Shown piece by piece: positions 46,453-53,957 of a stretch of DNA of 64,000 nucleotides (position 1 is its first letter; each line of letters opens with the position of its first letter). Position numbers and translations under genes: made by a program. The notes under the pieces were generated by a model. That model was not told the origin of the DNA, ran no database searches, and saw only the letters and a program-made list of their open reading frames with translations. The DNA comes from a virus. The stretch is taken from positions 64,001 through 128,000 of IMG/VR virus record IMGVR_UViG_3300020183_000007. One strand, written 5' to 3'.

Positions 46453-47472
46453 ATGAGTAACTATACAGATTTCAATATTGATTTTGATTTATTCTCTGCC
46501 GTGGCCGACACGCCAGAGATGTTCGAATCAACTGGCAAGACCAGCACGCTTCGTGCAGGTCGCGAAATCTCCTTCAAAGGCAGTATCAACGGCATTGAAG
46601 TCCCAGCATCTGCTATTCTGCACGATGCCAAACTGACTCGCCTGACCCTACTGAAGCAAACCAGCCCCAACACCAACAACGAATATTTCTTGGTGACTGG
46701 TATCATGCGCCCTGTGCGTATGGACCTGTTTGTCACGGTGGATGGCGAAAAGATGAACCTCATTGATGTTCTTCTCCTTGCCGTAAACGAAAAGTCCATG
46801 AACAAGATCACTCGTGATCAGTTCTTGGATACTGCCCGCAAGATTGGTTTGAACTTGACGGACGGTATGCCTTACTTCTTCCAGCAGTTTGGTGCAAACA
46901 TCAACGGCTGGACGAAGGCTCGTGAGGCTTTCGTTGCCGCAGGTGCCAAAGATGTCATCGGTAAAATGAACAACCGTGGTCGCATTGAGGCTGCGTATCA
47001 ACACGATGAAGGTGTTCCGGTAACTTCGTTTGAAGTTGGCAGTGTCGACCGCGAAAAGTCTCGCACCAAGCAGGGCTTTCTAAATCTGATTGACGCAACT
47101 GTCCATAACTTTGAGCGCATCATCCAACTACGCAAGGAGAGCAAGCTTCTCCGTGTGAAAGTGGACAGCTCAAGCGGTTGGAGCCAAGAGAAGCAACAGA
47201 AAGCTCGCGATCATGCTGACCTTCTCGCAGCGATGAGCCGTCAGTGGGTATCCAACTGGTCCGGTGCGCAACAGCGTATCGTTGTCCAGCCCAATGGCAA
47301 GCAGGAAACCCAGAATGTTTGGGATCCGGTGAATGCTCCGTGTGGTCGGTTCACAATGGTTGTTGACAATTCTCCCGTCGAAGTTGATCTTTGGACCAAC
47401 TCGGCTCGTGCGAATACGTCAAATACAACTGTTGGCGGTTCCGACAACGGCGACGAGCCCGACCCCTTCTAA
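46453..47472 (+). CDS. Hypothetical protein with acidic aromatic-tipped tail (possible ssDNA-binding protein)
   Basis: 339 aa ending SDNGDEPDPF. Confidence 0.55.
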   Translation: MSNYTDFNIDFDLFSAVADTPEMFESTGKTSTLRAGREISFKGSINGIEVPASAILHDAKLTRLTLLKQTSPNTNNEYFLVTGIMRPVRMDLFVTVDGEKMNLIDVLLLAVNEKSMNKITRDQFLDTARKIGLNLTDGMPYFFQQFGANINGWTKAREAFVAAGAKDVIGKMNNRGRIEAAYQHDEGVPVTSFEVGSVDREKSRTKQGFLNLIDATVHNFERIIQLRKESKLLRVKVDSSSGWSQEKQQKARDHADLLAAMSRQWVSNWSGAQQRIVVQPNGKQETQNVWDPVNAPCGRFTMVVDNSPVEVDLWTNSARANTSNTTVGGSDNGDEPDPF

Positions 47473-47479
47473 CCCTCAA

Positions 47480-47510
47480 ATGAGTTTGCCCGTTCTCATC
47501 AAAAACGGGC
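47480..47510 (+). ncRNA. H-type pseudoknot (homologous copy at 60307-60338)
   Basis: ATGAG-TTT-GCCCGTT-CTCAT-CAAA-AACGGGC; compensatory changes in both stems between the two copies. Confidence 0.75.
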
Positions 47511-47514
47511 GCTA

Positions 47515-47589
47515 GGGGATGACAGGCGTCGACACAAGGAAAAGCCAAAGTGCACCTTGTGGAACTGGGTTCGAATCCCAGCATCTCCA
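47515..47589 (+). ncRNA. tmRNA tRNA-like-domain mimic lacking the mRNA-like domain (75 nt)
   Basis: Acceptor GGGGATG/CATCTCC-A with G3:U70, stemless D-loop ending TCGA, helix CACAAGG/CCTTGTG closed by a 15-nt loop, GAA linker, T-arm CTGGG-TTCGAAT-CCCAG. Confidence 0.75.
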
Positions 47590-47713
47590 CTGGGGGACTG
47601 CGTGTATAACGCGTCTTAAACGACACTGTGGTGCGCCCCAAATTCACTCAAATATACACTTATTTTTAATTTCATACAAAAGAGAAAAAACACAGTCAAA
47701 AGGAACAGTCTTT

Positions 47714-47980
47714 ATGAATCAGAACAACATGATCAATTTTGTTACGCTTACGGGCCTTGACGACGAAAGAACTGAAGTTAACCCAGCCAGCATCGTAATG
47801 ATGCAAAGAAGCACCTACGCCCAGTTGCCATGCACTAATGTGTGGCTAATGTTGGGCATCCCATATAAAGTAGTGTGTCGCGAGACACCAGAAGAAATTG
47901 TTCAATTGCAGATGGATGCAATTGGTAAACTCGTGAAAAAGTGCATCAATGTCTTTGAAGAATTAGAAAAGGAGATGTGA
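47714..47980 (+). CDS. FlbD/SwrD-like small protein, paralog 1
   Basis: INFVTLTGLD...EVNPASIVMM...VRETPEEI pattern; true start at ATG 47714. Confidence 0.55.
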   Translation: MNQNNMINFVTLTGLDDERTEVNPASIVMMQRSTYAQLPCTNVWLMLGIPYKVVCRETPEEIVQLQMDAIGKLVKKCINVFEELEKEM

Positions 47981-48147
47981 TGGAATTTCATATTTGCGAA
48001 GCAGTAACATGCCGGCACAAATGCGAAAAAGAAGGGTGTGACAATCACATCCTGTATCACGACGAACCGTACTGTTTCACACACAGTCCGGATTCAGGCT
48101 CATCATTCAAAAACTATGACTCTAGAAAGGGAGGATGGCAATGGTAA
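47980..48147 (+). CDS. Small Cys/His-rich protein (55 aa)
   Basis: AAGGAG RBS; CEKEGC...YCFTH. Confidence 0.55.
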   Translation: MEFHICEAVTCRHKCEKEGCDNHILYHDEPYCFTHSPDSGSSFKNYDSRKGGWQW

Positions 48148-48365
48148 CTGGAATCAAAATGACAACCATCATTACACCCAGGTGCTTCAAGTGCGGTCAA
48201 GAAGGCGAATTACAAATTCCTTCGGAAATCTGGTTCGCCGGCAAGAGAAAACGGGAACAAGGCGCTCTCATACAGGACGCCTGGCCCAGTCTCAATGCCG
48301 AGCAACGCGAGCAGATCATGACAGGTATTCACCCCCAATGTTGGCAACAGATATTCCCAAAATAA
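48135..48365 (+). CDS. Small Zn-binding protein
   Basis: CFKC...HPQC; GGGAGG RBS. Confidence 0.6.
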   Translation: MAMVTGIKMTTIITPRCFKCGQEGELQIPSEIWFAGKRKREQGALIQDAWPSLNAEQREQIMTGIHPQCWQQIFPK

Positions 48366-48606
48366 CATACCTACGCGAGAGGAGTATATGGATACCTTAT
48401 GGTGTCTGTATACTCCTCTCTATGTATATAATAAAAAATATCTCAATAGTCTTTTGGGGGGGACCCGGCGAAGCCGGGGGGGACCCATATGATAAGATAT
48501 AATAAGCGCAGTAGCTATGGCTATTTGTGTAAAAAAAATAACAAATAGCCCTATAGCTGCAAGCGTATTTTTTATTTTATCTCAGAAAAAAATTCTCCAA
48601 AATAGG

Positions 48607-48634
48607 TTGCATTTCTCAACGAAGATGGTATACT
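48607..48634 (+). promoter_or_regulatory. Sigma-A/70-type promoter
   Basis: TTGCAT-N16-TATACT with extended TG. Confidence 0.5.
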
Positions 48635-48685
48635 GAAAGCCCGGAAGGAAAACTCAACACACATCTCAAAGGAGTACACAACAAG

Positions 48686-48901
48686 ATGCCTAAGCAGCAT
48701 CAATCAAAGTCCATGAAGCAAGTTTTCAAAGAACTTGAAAGACTTGGTTTCAATGTAATACATAAAAAGTCAGGATCCTACAGTATCTACCCTCCCTCCA
48801 CGATACAAGGACCCATGTATACAACTCATGGTACGGAGTCTGCACTCCACCCCATGAGACGTGACTTTAAGCGACTGTACAATATCGAGTTGACTGTGTA
48901 G
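48686..48901 (+). CDS. HicA-like (dsRBD-fold) small protein
   Basis: VFKELERLGFNV..KKSG...IYPP...H pattern; AAAGGAG RBS. Confidence 0.45.
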   Translation: MPKQHQSKSMKQVFKELERLGFNVIHKKSGSYSIYPPSTIQGPMYTTHGTESALHPMRRDFKRLYNIELTV

Positions 48902-49276
48902 GATTATCCTACCAACTGGATAGTCACGGTAGGGTTCAGGTGGTGTCCCTACCGTGACTTCTAGCATTTTTGTTTTATAATTGAATAAATTAAGACTTCT
49001 CGTGGGGGAACCCATACATAACTGCAGAATATATCACTTCTGCCCACAAAGATATCATATTATTACCCTTATTCTTCTGTATATACAATAAAGAGAGGAT
49101 AAGTATTCTTATTGATTATCTTTACTTAGGATATATTACCTAATTTTTTTCCCGGCGATTTTCTATCGCAATTAACATCACACAGGAAACCAGCTTGTTA
49201 CAGCTATTCAACTATTTATCTTTTATTTTCATTGCATACTGGATACTTAGAGCCATATTTAAGTAAAGGACACAAT

Positions 49277-49585
49277 ATGCCCACATGCACCATGTGCAAA
49301 CAATACACTCCTAATGAATTCGAATCACACAGTGATATAATTCAACCTATTGGCGGATTACACATTGCCATTTATACAGGATATGGCATGATGGCCGATC
49401 CCATGGATGAAGCGTCCTTAAACGCTTTGACTGATATCTGTCTATGTCATGACTGTTCTATTCGGTTTATTGACCAATTCCCTCAGGAATTTAAAGACAA
49501 TTTTTTTACCGGCGCACATCCAGTACAAATCTGTCGACAAGTGTCAATTACGCATCCAAACGGATGTCATTATGCCTGGGCATAA
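49277..49585 (+). CDS. Cys-rich hypothetical protein
   Basis: AAAGGA RBS; CTMC, CHDC. Confidence 0.6.
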   Translation: MPTCTMCKQYTPNEFESHSDIIQPIGGLHIAIYTGYGMMADPMDEASLNALTDICLCHDCSIRFIDQFPQEFKDNFFTGAHPVQICRQVSITHPNGCHYAWA

Positions 49586-49587
49586 TC

Positions 49588-49917
49588 ATGCCTAAAGACA
49601 ATCTTACAATACTTCAGCGTGTACACCGTAATCACGCTATGTATAAAAATTATCTTTCTGGGCAATCTATTACTGATATTGCCCAGAAACACAGCTTAAC
49701 GTACGAACGTACACGTCAAATTATTAAGGAGCATAGTATGCGACAATATTTTGTCATTGATCACAAAGACGACTTTGTCCTATATCGTGGTACTCTGCAA
49801 GACTGTGAAAAAGTTCTTGAAGAGAATTACGCTGGACTTATGATCGTCGGATTCCGAGATCTTACTCCCGGAATGCTCGAATCACTCAAAAATCTAACAC
49901 TACCTTCAAAGGATTGA
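49588..49917 (+). CDS. HTH protein (sigma region-4-like N-terminus)
   Basis: YLSGQSITDIAQKHSLTYERTRQII. Confidence 0.6.
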   Translation: MPKDNLTILQRVHRNHAMYKNYLSGQSITDIAQKHSLTYERTRQIIKEHSMRQYFVIDHKDDFVLYRGTLQDCEKVLEENYAGLMIVGFRDLTPGMLESLKNLTLPSKD

Positions 49918-50171
49918 TTATGTCATATCATTCATTCCATCCTCATAATTCTCACATTTCTATGGAATTTAGTCACTATTCTTTAGAAAATCGTGATTTT
50001 ATTGTCTATAAAATTATATTTGAAAATGAAGAAATTTCTGTATTTCTCACTGAAGAAACTTTACCAAAATTTCTTCAGCTTATGGCTTCAGCTATGCTGA
50101 AAGAATTGAACACTGATACTAAAATCTTTTTGCAAGACATTTTTCAAAAAACTGCCGAAATTTCAGAATAA
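49914..50171 (+). CDS. Hypothetical protein
   Basis: 85 aa coupled ORF. Confidence 0.5.
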   Translation: MIMSYHSFHPHNSHISMEFSHYSLENRDFIVYKIIFENEEISVFLTEETLPKFLQLMASAMLKELNTDTKIFLQDIFQKTAEISE

Positions 50172-50184
50172 AAGGAGAATAATC

Positions 50185-50463
50185 ATGTCTCAAAACAACA
50201 TGGTAAACTTTATCACCCTGACAGACCTTGACGCAAACAAGGTCGAAATTAACCCCGCATTCATCGTTATGATGAAGCGAGATAGTTATAACCCACAAGA
50301 GAATGTCGAAATGCCCATGAGTATAGTCTATTTATCAAATGGATATTCACTTTATGCTCAGGAAACTCCAGAGCAGATTGCTCAGCTGCAAATCAATGCA
50401 GTCGCAAAACTCATGAAGAGTTTCGTCAGTATTGTAGAAGACATGGATGATTATAAAGACTAG
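50185..50463 (+). CDS. FlbD/SwrD-like small protein, paralog 2
   Basis: MSQNNMVNFITLTDLD...INPAFIVMM...QETPEQI; clear paralog of 47714-47980. Confidence 0.6.
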   Translation: MSQNNMVNFITLTDLDANKVEINPAFIVMMKRDSYNPQENVEMPMSIVYLSNGYSLYAQETPEQIAQLQINAVAKLMKSFVSIVEDMDDYKD

Positions 50464-50701
50464 CGTAAACGCAATGTCTAGTTCTCATAAATGGTTTAAT
50501 CCTGACGAGAATAGCCGGCGATGCATCTATTGCGATATTCGCTGGCATCCTTCTCGGGATGATGAACTCTGTCAAGCCAACACGAAAGAACACAACATGT
50601 ACTCACTTAAGGAGTACCTTGATTCGTACCTTGATTCGTACCTCAAATCGTACCTCGATTACGAGGAAAACGACAAAGAACATCATTCTGACCTGCTATA
50701 A
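50447..50701 (+). CDS. Hypothetical protein with 12-bp tandem repeats (YLDS-like x4)
   Basis: CIYC motif; GTACCTYGATTC-like repeats at ~50634-50661 and just upstream. Confidence 0.5.
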   Translation: MIIKTSVNAMSSSHKWFNPDENSRRCIYCDIRWHPSRDDELCQANTKEHNMYSLKEYLDSYLDSYLKSYLDYEENDKEHHSDLL

Positions 50702-50713
50702 TAATATTTCAAA

Positions 50714-50787
50714 GCTTCCGTAGCTCAGTCGGATAGAGCATCGGACTTCTAATCCGCAGGTCGCAAGTTCGAATCTTGCCGGGAGCA
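50714..50787 (+). tRNA. tRNA-Arg (anticodon TCT), CCA not encoded
   Basis: Full cloverleaf GCTTCCG/CGGGAGC, D-arm GCTC/GAGC, loop CTTCTAA, T-loop TTCGAAT; TGCTATAAT promoter at 50694-50702. Confidence 0.95.
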
Positions 50788-51127
50788 CTATGGTTTATAC
50801 AAAGCTTTGGCTTAACCAATATATCTATAATGCCCATTTATCCAATTACAATTATAATAAGGACCCTAATGCATATTACTTTCAATATTCCTAATAGCGA
50901 TGTTAAAATTACTAAAGATATTGTCAGAACTTTTTGATTTTCAGAAATAAGTTTTGACATTTTAAATGTCGGTTGGTCTCTGTGAGGGTACGTTCTCAAT
51001 CGCCCCCACCGAGAACGCTCATGATCAGAGTTTAGCCTCCTTTTAACGAAGATCATTTTGCGTATTTACGCAAGCAGGGATCAACCGGCAGCTGGTTCAT
51101 ACAAACACATGAATCAGAAAGGCAATT

Positions 51128-51376
51128 ATGATTGACGATACTATCCTTTTGGAATCAGAATCTTTATTTTATGATTCCATTTCTCAAATATCTGACAAGA
51201 TTCAATTACTGAGTAAATATTCTCATTTAGTAAATTTCAAGTCCAATTCTCAAGCAGATATTAATTTTAGGAAAACATTTTGTTCTCTTCTAAAAACTAT
51301 TTCTAACTTAAATATTAAAACAACAGAACTCTTTGAACTTCTTTGTGAATCTCATCAAAGTGAATACAAATCTTAA
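51128..51376 (+). CDS. Hypothetical helical protein
   Basis: GAAAGG RBS. Confidence 0.5.
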   Translation: MIDDTILLESESLFYDSISQISDKIQLLSKYSHLVNFKSNSQADINFRKTFCSLLKTISNLNIKTTELFELLCESHQSEYKS

Positions 51377-51535
51377 AATTTGTTGAGTGCTAGGATTTAT
51401 ATATCTTTCCATGCTGGCATACATATAAATATATAATTTGTAATCAACCTATATAAATATTACAACAAATTATTTTATTTTTATTATTATACTTGCAAAT
51501 TTATACAAGATTATATATCCATTTAAGGAGTATTT

Positions 51536-51781
51536 GTGTCTAAACAACAAGTTATTGAACAATATATTAACACCATTGTTGGAGGTACAGTCACTACAGC
51601 TGCGCTTGTGCAAGCTACCAAGTGCAGTCTTCCAACTGTGTTGTCATATATTAGAAAAAACCCTTCTCGTTTCGAGAAAGTTAAGCGTGGAACTTATATT
51701 ATTCGCGCCAATGTAACATCAAGCAATAATATGGCTCCACAAACACCAAATTCAACCAATCTTCCCCGACACGATTGGTAA
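51536..51781 (+). CDS. Winged-HTH-like protein
   Basis: TTAALVQATKCSLPTVLSYIRKNP..FEKVKRGTYII; AAGGAG RBS. Confidence 0.6.
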   Translation: MSKQQVIEQYINTIVGGTVTTAALVQATKCSLPTVLSYIRKNPSRFEKVKRGTYIIRANVTSSNNMAPQTPNSTNLPRHDW

Positions 51782-51907
51782 TTCTTTAATATATTCAGTA
51801 CTATTTGTGTTGTCGTTTTGAATAAACCGACACGCAGGAGTGGCTGCGCATAAGCGGGCGGAACCCTTATGCCACTTCTTCCAGCAATTTGTCCGAAGGA
51901 AAACAAC

Positions 51908-52090
51908 ATGACTGATTACTTTAGTTCTAAAGAATTCAAAGAAGATTTTACCAATTTGTTAAAGTCTTTAGTGTTGATCTCCAAGAGAATTGAAGAACTC
52001 ACTGATGAAATCAGTGAGGTTAATGATATTCTCCGTACAAATTTTAACAAGGAGAACTCCACTGAAGTTGTTACACCACCTAATCCATGA
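51908..52090 (+). CDS. Small coiled-coil protein
   Basis: GAAGGA RBS before ATG 51908. Confidence 0.5.
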   Translation: MTDYFSSKEFKEDFTNLLKSLVLISKRIEELTDEISEVNDILRTNFNKENSTEVVTPPNP

Positions 52091-52266
52091 TATAATAATA
52101 CACGCCCTAACGGGCACGGGAGACAAATCCCACATGTAACAAGAATACTTGTGAAATGAGGAAAAATTTACCGCTGCCAGTCAGATAGGCATGTAGACCT
52201 TGTTTCGCAACCTGCGATATACGTATTTTGGAAATTCCGGAATACGCTTACCGAAAGGAGCGAACC

Positions 52267-52821
52267 ATGGATATTCGGTTCAAACACATATATCAATACA
52301 TATTCCAGTATAAACTAAGGTTAGCTTGTGCTTTAGCACTGTTGTTGATTGCAGTTTCGCTGGCTTCTTTTATTTCAGACAAAGGCGCCAACGAAACACT
52401 ACAGCCAGTTCTAACAATTCCTGCTACAACTACAACTACAACTACAACCATTTCCCCACAAACTACAACAACATTTCCGGATTTATCCGGTGTTGATTTT
52501 GTGGCTTTAGCTAGATCAATTTACGGCAAGTGTGGAGAATACCACGATTTGGCCATACAAGTTGGTTGGCCTGAAGAAGAATGGCCACAACTTCAACAAG
52601 TTATTTGGCGTGAATCACGCTGTGTGACTGATGCTTGGAATGGCGCTGATTCTGGTTTAACCCAGATTAATCATATTCATTCAGAATGGTTATCTCAAAT
52701 GGGATGGTCACATCCTCAGGATATGTTCAATCCAGAATATAACTTAACATTTGCTCTCCGATTATGGCAATCGTCAGGTTGGAAACCGTGGAAATATTCT
52801 GGTACAACATGGGGTAATTAA
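52267..52821 (+). CDS. Exported lytic transglycosylase (SLT/lysozyme-like), paralog 1
   Basis: Signal/TM, Thr-rich linker, IWRESRC...DSGLTQIN...PEYNL...GWKPW. Confidence 0.8.
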   Translation: MDIRFKHIYQYIFQYKLRLACALALLLIAVSLASFISDKGANETLQPVLTIPATTTTTTTTISPQTTTTFPDLSGVDFVALARSIYGKCGEYHDLAIQVGWPEEEWPQLQQVIWRESRCVTDAWNGADSGLTQINHIHSEWLSQMGWSHPQDMFNPEYNLTFALRLWQSSGWKPWKYSGTTWGN

Positions 52822-52823
52822 TC

Positions 52824-53342
52824 ATGACTAACAACAGGATAGTTTTGATTATTTCCTCATTGATATTATTTACTGGAATATTCTTTGCATCAGACTCACC
52901 CACGTCTGCGCATACTCCAAAAAGTTCATTATTTATTGAGTCAGAGTCAATTGACTATTCTCAAATAAATTGGACTGAATTAGCCAGACTTATTTATGGG
53001 AAATGTGGCGAATATCACGATCTTGCTATTAAAGCAGGATGGCCAAAATCTCAATGGCCAACTCTTAGCAAAATCATGTATCGTGAATCTCGTTGCAATA
53101 ACTTTGCCATTAATAAGTCTGACCCTAATGGAGGAAGTCGCGGTCTTCTGCAAATTAATGGATATTGGTGCAGAAAAAATAAGTACAATCCTAACGGTTG
53201 GTTGCAACAAAAATCCATTCTTAAAAATTGCGAAGATCTGTTTGACTCATATACCAACCTGCGTGCAGGATGGGAAATGTGGCAATATAGTCAACACCGC
53301 AATCGTTGTGGATGGAAACCATGGGCTACACCGTGTAAGTAA
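52824..53342 (+). CDS. Exported lytic transglycosylase, paralog 2
   Basis: Signal peptide, MYRESRC...SRGLLQING...TNLRAG...GWKPW. Confidence 0.8.
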   Translation: MTNNRIVLIISSLILFTGIFFASDSPTSAHTPKSSLFIESESIDYSQINWTELARLIYGKCGEYHDLAIKAGWPKSQWPTLSKIMYRESRCNNFAINKSDPNGGSRGLLQINGYWCRKNKYNPNGWLQQKSILKNCEDLFDSYTNLRAGWEMWQYSQHRNRCGWKPWATPCK

Positions 53343-53446
53343 TTAAAACATAGTTTAAACAAAAGACGAGGATGCTCCTTTTACGGGAATGCTTTTCCTC
53401 GTCTTTTACTATATCCAAAAAAACACACAACAATATAAGGAGTAAC

Positions 53447-53908
53447 ATGTTTTCCTTCATGCTAGTTCTTGCCTTTGCTGCGTCAGCCTTCGAGCTGACT
53501 CTTGCATCCAAGTTTCCAGCTTGGCGCCGTGCAGCTAAACGAAACAAGGCTATTAACCTTATTCTTTCAATTTCTTTATCATTTATTATTGGTCTTATGT
53601 TTGGTGCAGCGGGCCTTATTGTTATGACCGCTGCAATCCTTTCTACCATACTTTCTATTCCAGGCTATGCCTTTCTTGAATGGGCATATGATTCACCTGA
53701 AGCACAAAAACATGGTGGAAATCTCATCAAGTATTACTCTGATAAGACCAAGACAGTGACCAAAGACACTCTTCATCTTATTTACAAAATTCTTCGAATC
53801 ATCACCTTTCCTATTTGGGCTTCTCGTTCAATTTTAGAGAAGCTTCGCATGTATACGGAAAAGTATCGTGCTTTGAAAGCACGTCATCTTTCCCGTACCA
53901 AAGCTTGA
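53447..53908 (+). CDS. Membrane protein
   Basis: AAGGAG RBS; 3 hydrophobic helices. Confidence 0.65.
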   Translation: MFSFMLVLAFAASAFELTLASKFPAWRRAAKRNKAINLILSISLSFIIGLMFGAAGLIVMTAAILSTILSIPGYAFLEWAYDSPEAQKHGGNLIKYYSDKTKTVTKDTLHLIYKILRIITFPIWASRSILEKLRMYTEKYRALKARHLSRTKA

Positions 53909-53957
53909 TATTTATTTGTTCATACAAAATACAAGAAACTACATTTAAGGGGCTATA

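Noticed and set aside
47519-47713. N-terminal extension of ORF 47519-47980
   Set aside because: It overlaps the tmRNA-like element, and the paralog at 50185 shows the true start is ATG 47714.
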